The notes under the pieces are model-generated. The model searched no databases and had not been told where the DNA came from. It worked only from the letters and a program-made list of their open reading frames with translations. 64,000 nt of DNA from Carpediemonas membranifera BICM (lineage: Eukaryota; Protista; Fornicata), in NCBI GenBank assembly GCA_019828565.1, contig JAHDYR010000066.1, forward strand, positions 248,001 through 312,000, in the 5' to 3' direction. Shown piece after piece: positions 10,731 through 22,287 of the stretch (the stretch's first letter is position 1; every line of letters begins with the position of its first letter). Made by a program: the position numbers and the translations under genes.

Positions 10731-13685
10731 AGAGATGAACTCGTCCACAGCTGAGCGGGATACGCTCAACCCGTCGGCTCTCAGTCTGTCGATTGTCTGT
10801 CTTCTCGAGAAATGAGCGCCTGCCATCTCGTGTGCCTTCTTAATCTGATCAGTGGTCGCCTGGGAGCGTACGGTGAAAACTCTCGATAGTCCGTCGGCTC
10901 CGGCGTTGTTTAAACCTGTAACGTGCTCAATACCGAAGTCTAAGTCGGACAGGGTGTCAGCCCATCGCTTGACCTTGGCGTTAACGCTCCGGAACATGAA
11001 CAGGAGGTTCCTGTGGTCGGTCAGGATTGTGAAATGGCCCCAACTGAGGAACTTGCGCCAGCGTTGCACGGCAGCTATAATGGCGTACGCCTCCTTCTCA
11101 CTGGTAGACCATCTCGACTGCACCTCATTAAAGGCCTTACTCATATAGCATACTGGCCTACCCTCTTGGAGGAGTACTGCACCGTAGCCGAGCCCTGAGG
11201 CATCGGTCATAATAGTGTGCTCCTTAGTCGCGTCGAAGATGGCGAGTGCGTCCGCCGATGTGAGAGCATCCTTGATCTTCTTCAGCGCTGCGTCCTGTTC
11301 AGGCTGGCCGATAGGCCTGCGCCCGGCCATTGCCTCAGTCAAGGGGGAGGGCGATCTCGGCGAAACGGTCCACGTGATCTCTGAAATAGTTCAGAAAGCC
11401 TACTAAGCCCTGCATCCCACGGACGCTCTTGGGCAACTGGAGCTCTGCAATGTCGGCTACCCGGTCGGGGGCGATGTGTTTCTGCCCCTCGGAGATTACC
11501 CAACCTAGGAACTCGACCTCGGCACGGCCAAACTGGCACTTCTCCCTATTGAGCTGTAACTTTGTCTCGCGTGCGCGAAGGAGGACCTTGCGGAGATTCT
11601 GGAGATATTCCTCTTCGCTTGCCCCGAAGATGATGATGTCGTCAATGTATATATAACAGGCTGTGCCGACCAGCCCCCGGAAGGCGGACTCCATAGCCCG
11701 CTGGAAATGGGCTCCAGCATTGCGTAGCCCAAAGGGCATCCGACAGTACTCGTACTGCCCCAGAGCCGTAGTAAATGCGGTGTACTGGCGGCAGCGCTCG
11801 GTCAGCTCGACTTGGTGGTAACCGGCGGAGAGGTCGAGGGTTGCGAAGACCTTCTTCCCCGCTAGCTGGGAGATAACCTCGTCAATACGAGGTATGGGGT
11901 AGTTGAAAGGTTCGGTGATGTCGTTAATTTGTCTGAAGTCAACTACGAATCGGGACTTACCCCCTTTCTTGGGTACTGTCATCGCGGGCGAAGCGTAAGG
12001 CGATTGACAGGCACGGATAAATCTCTTCGCCAGGAGAGCGTCAATGTGCTCCTTGACGACGGCTACCTTCGCCGGGGGGAATGTAGTATGGTCGCGCGTT
12101 CACGACCCTGTCACTCTTCAGGATCAAGTCGTACGGTTCGAGCTTGCTTGGCTCGTTGCGATCTTCGAACACTGCGCTGAACTCCTTGAGAATCTTGGCC
12201 TGTGTATCGCTCGTAGTGGGGTTCAACTGGTAGACGGCAGCGTCGAACTTGGCGGGCGACGGAATGTCCAGCTCGTCGCTACCCTCCTTGTTCCACTCAG
12301 CCTGAGGGAGTATACCCAACTCAACCATATGGGGGTACCCTAGGATCAGGTCGAAGTCGGTGTCGAGTAGAAGTAGCTCGGCGTTAAATGTACAAGTGCG
12401 CGGGGTGAACGATGATGGTTGCAGCTTAATCGTAGCGTTGACTCGACCCTGTGACTGTTTCTCGCCGCCTGCTGTTGCGACACGCTCCTGCGTGGTGGAG
12501 ATGACCTCGAGCTTGGCTGCGTGGCGCGGGTGGATGCTTGACACGTTAGCTCCCGAGTCTAATAACGCTGTCAGCTTCTGCTTGCCTACTGAAACCGGAA
12601 CGAGTGGTAGGTTGATCTTGGACTTGGACTGATCTGCACTGATAGAGAGAGAATATTGCGGAGATTTATCCCGACAATATCTCTCCAGGTGACCAGTCTT
12701 CTTGCAGATCGAGCACGTGTGCTTCGGCTTGGGGCACTTGTGCCATGCGTGCTTGCCGCCGCAGTTCCAGCAGGTGTAGTCGCGCTTCTTGTCAGTGCTA
12801 CTGGGATGGGGCTTACGCTCTGACTTATCCCGGTTCAGCGTCTTGTTGCTTCCCTCCTCAGACGGCAGCGGCTGGCGATAAGGATGGCCGTTGCGGCCTG
12901 CTCTCTTCTGTTACCGCTAGGATGGCCGCCTGTCGGGTGAATGCTCTTGGGGTGCTTCTGTCCGTCTCCTAGGTACGCTTCTCTCAGCTCTTCGCCGTCC
13001 CGCAGCTCGGTGCTAATGGCGAGTACCTGAGGCATGGCATCACTCAGAGTGGAATCTTCGATCAACTCTTGAATGCGGTACATAGTTCTGCCTGTTCCCT
13101 GCTTGAAGCAGCGGGCGTACGTCTTACACAGTGTCTCCTGTGATGACTCGGGTTGCAGAATAGCCAGCAATGTCTGAAAGCGCTTGTTGATGCGTACCAC
13201 CTCGCTAGGCGTGAAGGATGTGGCGTTCAAGCGGAAGTATTCAAGCCTTGCTACCTCGTGGCGTGGTCTAAAGGCCTTGCCGAGACGCTTGACACAAGCG
13301 ATGTCTTGTTCGCGCCGGCGTGTAGTCTTGGTCTTGATGAGCGCCACGGGAGGATCGTTGTCGTCCGTGCCGAGTACTCCGTCAACGTAGTCACGGACGC
13401 AGCTGTCTATTAGGCGGTCTGAGCGCTGTTTTCCGCCGAGTGCTCGATAATCTTGGAGCGCTTCCACGAACGTGACTAATTCAGCCACGGACGTGCCCTT
13501 TAGTATCGGCGCTTTGGCCTTCCCGTATACCATGTTGGTGGGATTAGTACTAATGTAGCCTTATGGCTAGGGAAAGATTGTTTAATATAAGAAAACCCAT
13601 GATGTGGTGAATATGGTCAATACTATATAAATCTATGAAATGGTAATCCTATGTAACATTGGGTAAGACCCACTGCAGGACTACA
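10731..13685 (-). mobile_element. Ty3/Gypsy LTR retrotransposon A, 3'-truncated in the integrase and frameshifted
   Basis: gag 12835-13533 plus CCHC knuckles near 12670-12780, protease LLDSGA near 12550, RT YIDD in 11335-11982, RNase H TDAS in 10710-11342. The sequence breaks off after the integrase HH at about 10731. Confidence 0.9.
13554..13685 (-). repeat. 5' LTR of element A (132 bp, TGTAG..CTACA)
   Basis: TG..CA ends with terminal inverted bases, AT-rich, 20 nt from the gag ATG. No partner LTR in the window. Confidence 0.75.
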
Positions 13686-13902
13686 TGTGCCGTATAGACT
13701 TGAAGTCAGGGTACCAACAGGTAGGAATCAGACTGAAGGACCGCAAGCTGCTCGGCTTCATGATAGACGGGCGTCCATACGCTTTCCGCGTGCTTCCATT
13801 CGGCTGGTCAGCAGCACCGTTCCATTTCCAGATGATAATGCTAGAAGCTGCTCGCCTTGTTTCGGCCCGATGGAACGTCAAGATCGTCGTATATCTAGAC
13901 GA
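13686..13902 (+). mobile_element. 5' RT fragment of a DIRS-like element
   Basis: RIDLKSGY..LPFGWSAAP..VYLD; rejoins 30730 to give YLDDWAF. Confidence 0.9.
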
Positions 13903-15068
13903 TGTGGTCTGTCAAGACTTAGAAGAACTTTTAGTAAAAGCAAAGAAGAGAGGGTTTGACCCTGCTGTGGTAAATATGGCAATAATAAATATATCAACTA
14001 TGTAAACAATGGGTAGGACCCTGACACTGCCCCTCCATGCCAGCCTATAGGCTGACATGACCTCAAGGTGTCACCTTCACGGCCACTGCGCCACAGGCGA
14101 GTGGTGAGGATTTCCCGATGTTGGTCGATTGGATACAGCCCTGTTGGGTGCCACCCCAACGGCTGGACCACTCCTAGGACTTGGCAGGACCCAGAAGGCC
14201 ATAATCGGTAAGGATATCAAAACGAATCTGAAGATTCGAAAATATTCGAAATTGTCGCGGTACCGCTGTGTGAGCATGCTATGTTATGGGAATGGGGACT
14301 GCAGGTCTCCCTGCCCCTCCACGGCCATACCTCGGCCGTAAAGAACGCAAACATTTCAATGTGCACTTTTGGGCACATAACGAGTTCGGATCTCAGGAAT
14401 GGACAAGTCCTCGCGCTGATTGCGCCTATTCTTACATAGAGTCCAAAAAGACCTCCAATAGCCTCAGTAGGGCTTTGTTGGCGAGTTCTCGTGCTTTCTT
14501 CTTTCGGAGCTCCCTAGAACTACACGATCGCCACGAGTAAGCTCTTAATGCAAATAACAACATCAATCGCGCCATTAGGACATCAAATGTGATGGATTGA
14601 GGCGTTACACGGTAACGATTCCTTCAGTAGTACTGACTTGCCCGAAACATGGGTGTGCACGCACCGGTCGTCTTTTCGGTCCTAATAGACGCCAGCTACG
14701 TGCGCCAAAGGGTGTCATCTCGGCCAGTGACCTCGCGATGGAGGTTCAATTCTGGTCATCGTGGTTGCTTACTCCGCCACACCGTCGACGCATTTTTGGG
14801 TCGCCGTCAATCCATTTGACGTCGACAAACGATGCGTATAGTTCTCTTCACGGTGTAAAAGGCTGTAGAACCTTGTGCGTTCACATTAAGAAGACTGCTT
14901 GTTGTCTTACGACGGAAGACAGTGTACTATCTCGCTGGAAGCGATGACGTTGGTCTCCAGTATGCGCTCCTCTCGCCATTCAGTATGCAAAGCATCAATT
15001 AACAACATCATATGCTGTTTTCTAGAGGTTGTGGCTAACGAAAATGCGCAAATCAAGCAGAGCATGAT

Positions 15069-17484
15069 TTACAGACCGTCGATCTTGGCTTGCTCTGACT
15101 CTAGGTACTCAGTGAGCGCGGCCAAGTCTTTGACGAAGCTGTAATCCTGCAGGGTGGCTTCAGAGTCCTCGAAGCCTGTCCAGTGCACCAGATAGCGGCG
15201 TCTGGACATCGGACATCTCTTGCTACCGTCGGGACCCTCTGAGCGGCTGATCCGATCGACGTACCACTCCTCGGTAGCGGCTGCGGCAAGCTCCTTGATC
15301 TGAGTGTCGGACAAGGTGCCAGGGTTGAACCGTCGGACTCTGGCAGCGTCGACCTTGATCATCGGGCCGTCTCTCGGCTGCGACAGGTCCTGTACAATGT
15401 AGCCCACGGTGACACCGTCGCGCTTGACTGACTCGACTCTTCGCATTGGGCCACGCCACCCCGGCGACAGCTTATCTGGGGGTCTTTTGGCGTACTTGAC
15501 GAGCACGTAGCGACTGAGGATCTCTGAGCGGGTAGAGGACGCTCTGGCGAGCGCCTCTTCACGCATAGTTGAGATCCTGGACTTAGCCAGCTGTACCGCA
15601 GCCTCGGCGGCCTTACGGTGGGACTGGGTGATGCCTGCGGAGGAAGCGTCCGTGGTATAAAGCGTCGATGGGATAGTGATGTTGGCTCCCAGCATGATCT
15701 CGGCCGGGGACAGCCTCGTAGGGATTCTCGGCGTCGAATTGGCAATGAATCTTGCGACTGGCAGGTGTGTGAGCCAGTTGGGGTTTCTTAACTGGAACTT
15801 ACGGGCCTTAAGGATCCTCTCGACTTGTTGGTTCGCTCTTTCCACCATCCCATTGGCCTGAGGATGGTACGCGGTGGTGATATGCTGCTGGAACCCCACC
15901 TCTTGCGATAGTCGTCGGAATAGGCCATTGTGAAACTCAGATCCGCCGTCTGACTGGAGTACTTGCGGCGCTCCATATCTTAGGACCCAGGTATTGATAA
16001 AGGCCTCGGCTGCTTCTTTTCCGGAGTTGCTCTTGGCAGGGACTAATTCAGTCCAGCGAGAGCACATATCTACCATGACGGTAATATACGAGTACCCGTC
16101 ACAGGACGGCAAAGGACCCATCGTGTCGATTGCCACGCGTTGTAGTGGGGTGTCAACAGCTGTGTGGAGACCGTCGGGTTGGTCGACCGGCGGCCGATCG
16201 AGGACTTGGCAGATCGGACAGTCGGATACGACCCTATCAACTGCATCGCGTGAGACTGACAGTCCTTGGCCACGGAGGCGCTCGATCGTAAGACGTCTCG
16301 ACAGGTGGACGTCAGCGAACAAGTGAGCTTGGTGAATCTGTTCGGTCGTTGCTGTCTTCTTGGCCATGGCAAACACCCTAGACAAACCGTCAGCGGCACC
16401 GTTATCGAGGCCGGGAACGTGGGAGATAGTGAAATCGAGATCGGCGATAGAATCGGCCCAGCGCCTGACCTTAGCGTTGACCGACTTATACATATAGAGC
16501 AAGTTACGGTGGTCGGTCTTGATCTCGAAGCGCTCCCAGCACAAGAACTTGCGCCAGGCCTGGAGCGCGGACACAATGGCGTACGCCTCTTTTTCACCAA
16601 CACTCCACCGCGACTGTACATCATTAAATGCCTTCGATAGATAGCAGACGGGCTTGCCGTCTTGGAGGAGAACCGCTCCGTATCCCACGGCGGAAGCGTC
16701 AGTCATAACAACGTGTGGACGCGTGGCGTCGAAGATCGCGAGTGCATCCGCGGAGCAGAGGGCGGCTTTCGCGTCTTCTAGTGCTTTGGAGACGTCAGCG
16801 CTTGTAGAACTCGTCTTACCGGACATTGCATCCGTTATAGGCTTGACTCGCTCGGCGAAGAAAGGGATATGATCGCGGAAGTAGTTCAGGAACCCATGAA
16901 GGGCCTGGAACCCTCTTGTGGACTTCGGGACTTTCAACTGTGCTATATCTTCAACACGCTGAGGTGAAATGCGAACCGTACCATTGTGGATGATCCACCC
17001 CAAGAATTCAACTTCGGCACAGCCGAACTGGCACTTATCCCGACCCAGGTGGAGTCTCATCTTTTCGACTCGGGCCATCACTCGCTCTAGGTTATCCAGA
17101 TACTCTGCCTCAGAGTCTCCCATTACAATAATGTCATCAATATAGATAATGCAGGAAGATCCGACCAGACCCTCGAACGCAGTCTCCATCGCGCGCTGGA
17201 AATAAGCCCCAGCGTTCCGCAGGCCAAACGGCATGCGAGTGTACTGATACTGTCCGAAGACAGTTCGGAAGGCCGTTAGGTGGCGACAACGCTCGGTTAG
17301 CGCGATTTGGTGGTAACCTGCGGCAAGGTCAAGAGTGGCGAAGATCCTCTTGCGACTCAATTGTGCCAAGATCTCGTCAATGCGAGGAATCGGATAGTCA
17401 AACGGCTCGGTCAAGGAGTTAATTTCCCGGAAATCGACCACGAACCGCGTCTTCTCACCCTTCTTGGGGACAACGATCGTCGGG
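15069..17484 (-). CDS. Pol of element C (RT, RNase H, integrase, chromodomain)
   Basis: YIDD, TDAS, HHCC, D-D-E (IDTMG, SDGG, VER), KLSPGWRGP and YLVHWTGF. Continues upstream at 22293 (QSDYSSP|TIVVPKK). Confidence 0.93.
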
Positions 17485-20400
17485 TGTGGTGCAGCCAAGA
17501 AGAAGAGGAAGTGATTTAATAAGGAGTCAACCCTCGGTGGGAAAAAGGCCTAAACTAAAATATACCAATTAAACGCACTACACTGCCCCCATGATGCAGC
17601 TCAGCATCATCCTCAAATTGTGTCAGAAGGTACCAAAATCTTCGTCGATCGGTCGGGCATATGGTCTATGGTTCGAGGCCCCATGAACTCAACTTTTTGT
17701 TGCTCGACCCTAAAGTGCGAGACTCTAGGGCTGACTCGGCCATGAACGAACGTAAGAAGGGTCCCGGGGAGGGGAAAATGAAGCGTGTCCCAAAGTGATG
17801 CTTATGTGTTGGACGATTCGCACGTCGAGTGCGGGCGTCCATGGTAGCCTTGTTGCGGAGATCTAGGTGCGCGTGACGGAACGCCATGAACACGGCTCCG
17901 CGCAATTCAGGCTGATAGCGCGGGGAACGCTTGAGCAAGATGCAATGGAGAGGCTTTTGCATCGAAGGAGCCACAAGGGGCGCTGCTTGTACGTGAATCC
18001 GCGGAAATCTGCAAAACTAAGTGCTTGCATGCCTGAAACGGGAGAACGGCTGCACCATGACAGGAACGGGGTTTGATAAAGCAATTGGGCGCACAGCGCT
18101 GCTCCTCACGCAGGAATATCCATCGTTCCAGGAAGATCACCTCTTAGTGTGCGGGTTATGGAGTGATCAGCTGCGGCGATAGTAGGGCTTGCGTCTAGCT
18201 GCCTTGATCAGCGCGGTTGCTTCTGGGTGCTCGTCAAGGTAAATGTCGACGGCGGCCAGCTTGTCCAGGTCACGATTGAAAATCTCGTCAGTGGACTCGG
18301 CTTCTTCGTAACCCTGCCAGGAGATTCGTAAAACAAGTCGGCCCTGGTCGTCGAGACTGTGGCCGATGATCTTATCAACGATGTACTCGCCTGCCTGGGC
18401 GGCGGCGAGCTCGGCAATTTGGTTAGCGGTCAGTGTTCCAGGCAGGAACTTGCGCAGTCGTTCTTGATGGACGAAGAATGACTTGAGGGATGAGAGGTCC
18501 TGGATTTCGTAAACGTTAGGATCAGATCCTGCCCCCACGACAAGCAAGGGGCCGCGGACTGGTGCCTGGAGCTTAGGTACATGGCCAGTTGGCGTCAGGA
18601 GGACCCAATCGTTGGGCTTGAAGCTCTGAGCGCGGTCGTTGTTATCGTAGGCTTTGATGGACGCTAGCTTGGCTTGATGCCACTGTCTAAACAGTTTGAC
18701 TTGCGACTGGAGAGATTGAAGTAGAGCATTCTCCGTCTTACTGAGTTCGATGCCAGCGTCTGGTTGCAGCGGAATGCGAGTGTCACGGCCAAATAGGAGT
18801 TGGATAGGGGTGAGACCACTGAGGCTGTAGGCGGACTCGTTGATGATCCTCATCACATGATTAAGCAGTTGGGGCCAGCGGTCGGTTGCCATACGATTGT
18901 CGTGGAGAAGCGTTCTTAGATGCCGTACAATTTCGGCGTTAGCTCGCTCGACTATACCGTTACTGGCAGGGCGGTAGGGGGTGGAATAGTGGTGTGGAAT
19001 AGAGTAGGCTGCGGTCAAGAGCGCTACCAACTCGTTGCGATATTGAGACCCGTTATCCGATTGGATCTCACGTGGGCGTCCGAAATGTGCCGACCAGTCA
19101 ATGAGAGCCTCGACAGCTGAGTCAGCGTTGGTCGTACGGGCGGGATACAGTTTTGTGAACTTAGTGAAGGTGTCGACCGCTACGATGATGTACTTAAACC
19201 CCTCAGGGCTGATTGGAAGGGGCCCGAGGGTGTCAAGCTGGACCACGCCGAAGGGCTCCGTGGCCGCCGTCCGATGGTGTTGGTAAGGGGGTGGGCGGTT
19301 GGGCCTCTGAAGCTGGCATGTAGGACAGTGGGTAATGAATTCGCGTACGTCCTGTACCATGCCGCGCCAGCCGCTGTATTGATCGCGGATACGGCGAACC
19401 GTCTCCTTATAGCCTAGATGGCCCTCAGTGCCGCCATGTACAGAAGAAATGATCTCTTGGCGGTCTTCTACGGACAGAGTGAGCAGACGACTGAGTGTGT
19501 CGGCACATCCGTTGTCCTTGCCGGCCACGTGGAGGACCGTGAAGTCGTAAATATCAACGGCAAGGCGCCAGCGTCGGACTTTCGGATTCGTAGACGTCGC
19601 CATCCACACAAGGTTCCTATGGTCCGTGTGCGCTGTAAAGTGCGATGCCATTAGGTACTTGGAGAACTTGTCAATGGCACTGACTAATGCGAACATCTCC
19701 TGTTCTATCGTCGACCAGCGGCGTTGAGTCGCAGAGAGGGTCTTCGAAAAGAATTGAACAGGGAGGAATGTAGTGTCCCTCTTAACCATCAGGACGCCTC
19801 CTATACCAATGTCAGAAGCATCAGTAAAGAGGTGAAGGTCGTCGCCTGGTCTAGGGTGTGTCAGAATCGTCCCCGAGGTGAGTTGGCGTCGTAGCTCATC
19901 GAATGCGGCCTGCTGCTCGCTATTCCAGGCAAAGGGAGTGTCGGCGCGGGTAAGGGCGATGATGGGCTCTGCAATATCTGCGAAGGTCGGTATTGTGGGC
20001 CGGAAATAGTTAACCATGCCGAGCAACGTGCGGACCTCGCTAATGTTCGTCGGGGCGCGCATGGAAAGGATGGGCTCCAGACGATCGGGTGAGATGGAGC
20101 GACCAGTTGGAGTCACGTGCCACCCGAGATAGTCAATCTCGTGGGCGGCGAGGATCGTTTTCTTCAAGTTAACGCGGACGTTGGCGTCGTCGAGACGCTC
20201 GAGCACGCTGCGAAGGTTCTTGAGGAATTCAGAACGGGTCTTACCCATGACGACGATGTCGTCGATGTACACCAGGGCGGCCGTGAACAAGTCGGCGCCC
20301 ATTACCTTTTCCAGGGCACGCTGCATGTGGATAGCGGCGTTGCGTAGGCCGAATGGCATCCTGCAATAGTGGTACTTGTGGTTGTCGGCGATAAAGGCGG

Positions 20401-22287
20401 TGTACTGCCGGGATTCCGGGTCCAGTGGGACCTGGAGGAAGGCCTTCGACAGGTCGAGTGTGGCGTAGTACGCCGAGCCTTCGAGCTGATCGAGTAGGTC
20501 CTCGATAAGCGGCAGGGGATGCTCGTCTGGCTCCGTTATGTCGTTAAGACGGCGGAAGTCCAGGCACAAGCGGATGCTGTTGTCGCGTTTGACTACAGCA
20601 ACGATGGGGCTGTTGTAGGGGCTATCGGATGACTCTATTATGCCTAAGTCGAGCTGCTGGCTTGTCTGCAGGCGTATTTCATCCTGAACTGCCAGGGAAT
20701 AGCGATAAGGAGGCGTGTTAGTCGTTTTCCCCTCAGTTAGACGAATCTTGAAGGCTTCCAGGGCCGAAGGCTCACTGGACAGCGGTTCAAAGACCCTATG
20801 ATGTTCTTCGACGATTTTGGTGACCTCCTCGCGGAGGGAAGGAATCTGAACGTTGAGTTCAAGCGGCTCCTCTTCAAGCAGATTAAATTCCACCTCACTG
20901 CCTTCGTCGGGTTCTTCCGCGACAATGTCTGACCCCACGTTAAAAGTGATCAGGCCCAGCTCGAGGGAGGAGGGTAGGCCGAAAATGATGTCGTAAGGTA
21001 GGTGTCGCAGGACGAGGAACTGGTCAATGACCGAGAGTTTGTGGCCAGTTCTTGAGCGGCCAAGGCTCATCTCGATGGTGCAGATGGCCTCGACGTTGAC
21101 TACCTGTCCGCTTCCCACACGGACGCGGCCTGAGTAAGGTCGCATGGGCAGCCCTAGTGTCGTCACGAGTGCGTGAGACACGAAGTTCGCCGTGGCGCCA
21201 GAATCAATCAGTGCGCTGCTGTGTGATACCTGGTTATCGTGCGGGATCTCTACCTCGATCTCGGCAGAGGCAGAAGACTTCCGTCCCGCTCGATCAGTCG
21301 CCATAACGTGTAGACAATGCTCATACTTACCACTTTTACCCGCACGCTTCTTCGCGAAGCACTGTTCTGCGGAGTGGCCTGACTTATGGCAGTACGAGCA
21401 TGTCACTGTGTTCGTAGCCTTGCCCGGGGCGCGGCTGGTCTGGTGGTTAGCCGGGGGTGCGCGCGCCTCGTCGAGGTGTCGCGTCTCGCGCTGGGTCTGC
21501 TCAATGTGGCGCGACTGCTCGAGCGCCGCCTTGAACGCGGCTTGGAGGTCGTTGCGCGGAGCAATGGTGTTGACGCGATCACGGAGACGCTCCGGTTCAA
21601 GGCCGCCGATGAACTGCCTCACCAGGCGCTTAGTCGGAGGCTTGACATCAGCGCAGTTCTCCAGCTGACGTTGGTACTGGAAGACGTAGTTCAGGGCGTT
21701 TTGGTAAGTCGAACCACGCTTCTTGCAGGTAATGCGGGTGAAGGAGTCCAAGGCGTCTTGCTTATCAAGGGGCTGGAAGATGGCGTTAATGCGACAAATG
21801 ATAGCGACGCTTGCTTGGTCGTTCTCGAGGGCTGGGATTGGAACCGGGAGCTGCTCGGGAGCTTCATCTTCGTCGTCGTCGGAGTCATCGCTTGAGGAGT
21901 CGCTGTCGGTGCCGTCGTTGTTCGCGTCACCTTGGATAAGCAGCGGTACGTCATCACCGGCGGGTGCATCGTGATCGGGAACCTCGTACTCTTCGAGGGA
22001 AGGATCCCTCAGCTTGAGGACCTCCCATACGTCACGCGCGATGAGGAGACGAATGGCCAGGGAGCCACCGCGTGAGCGATACGCGTAATACTGCTCGCGA
22101 TGGTCCTGCCAGGCGTCGGCGGTCGGGAGCTTTAAATAGGGGGCTACGAAAAGGTCGGGAACTTGGAATTGCATGGATCCAGTAATTACTGTGGTGCAGC
22201 CAAGAAGAAGAGGAAGTGATTTAATAAGGAGTCAACCCTCGGTGGGAAAAAGGCCTAAACTAAAATATACCAATTAAACGCACTACA
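17485..22287 (-). mobile_element. Intact Ty3/Gypsy chromovirus-like element B
   Basis: Identical 98-bp LTRs at 17485-17582 and 22190-22287, 5-bp TSD TCGGG, PPT GGGGGCAG, single uninterrupted ORF. Confidence 0.97.
18167..22174 (-). CDS. Gag-Pol polyprotein of element B (1335 aa)
   Basis: CCHC knuckle, LIDSGA protease, YIDD RT, TDAS RNase H, HHCC and DDE integrase, C-terminal chromodomain. Confidence 0.97.
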   Translation of the reverse strand: MQFQVPDLFVAPYLKLPTADAWQDHREQYYAYRSRGGSLAIRLLIARDVWEVLKLRDPSLEEYEVPDHDAPAGDDVPLLIQGDANNDGTDSDSSSDDSDDDEDEAPEQLPVPIPALENDQASVAIICRINAIFQPLDKQDALDSFTRITCKKRGSTYQNALNYVFQYQRQLENCADVKPPTKRLVRQFIGGLEPERLRDRVNTIAPRNDLQAAFKAALEQSRHIEQTQRETRHLDEARAPPANHQTSRAPGKATNTVTCSYCHKSGHSAEQCFAKKRAGKSGKYEHCLHVMATDRAGRKSSASAEIEVEIPHDNQVSHSSALIDSGATANFVSHALVTTLGLPMRPYSGRVRVGSGQVVNVEAICTIEMSLGRSRTGHKLSVIDQFLVLRHLPYDIIFGLPSSLELGLITFNVGSDIVAEEPDEGSEVEFNLLEEEPLELNVQIPSLREEVTKIVEEHHRVFEPLSSEPSALEAFKIRLTEGKTTNTPPYRYSLAVQDEIRLQTSQQLDLGIIESSDSPYNSPIVAVVKRDNSIRLCLDFRRLNDITEPDEHPLPLIEDLLDQLEGSAYYATLDLSKAFLQVPLDPESRQYTAFIADNHKYHYCRMPFGLRNAAIHMQRALEKVMGADLFTAALVYIDDIVVMGKTRSEFLKNLRSVLERLDDANVRVNLKKTILAAHEIDYLGWHVTPTGRSISPDRLEPILSMRAPTNISEVRTLLGMVNYFRPTIPTFADIAEPIIALTRADTPFAWNSEQQAAFDELRRQLTSGTILTHPRPGDDLHLFTDASDIGIGGVLMVKRDTTFLPVQFFSKTLSATQRRWSTIEQEMFALVSAIDKFSKYLMASHFTAHTDHRNLVWMATSTNPKVRRWRLAVDIYDFTVLHVAGKDNGCADTLSRLLTLSVEDRQEIISSVHGGTEGHLGYKETVRRIRDQYSGWRGMVQDVREFITHCPTCQLQRPNRPPPYQHHRTAATEPFGVVQLDTLGPLPISPEGFKYIIVAVDTFTKFTKLYPARTTNADSAVEALIDWSAHFGRPREIQSDNGSQYRNELVALLTAAYSIPHHYSTPYRPASNGIVERANAEIVRHLRTLLHDNRMATDRWPQLLNHVMRIINESAYSLSGLTPIQLLFGRDTRIPLQPDAGIELSKTENALLQSLQSQVKLFRQWHQAKLASIKAYDNNDRAQSFKPNDWVLLTPTGHVPKLQAPVRGPLLVVGAGSDPNVYEIQDLSSLKSFFVHQERLRKFLPGTLTANQIAELAAAQAGEYIVDKIIGHSLDDQGRLVLRISWQGYEEAESTDEIFNRDLDKLAAVDIYLDEHPEATALIKAARRKPYYRRS

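Noticed and set aside
13685-14005. 105-aa ORF as a standalone gene
   Set aside because: It is a chimera of the DIRS RT fragment reading into the LTR of element C.
14027-15068. Extra env-like ORF in the 1-kb 3' region of element C
   Set aside because: Only short ORFs with no recognisable motifs or TM segments.
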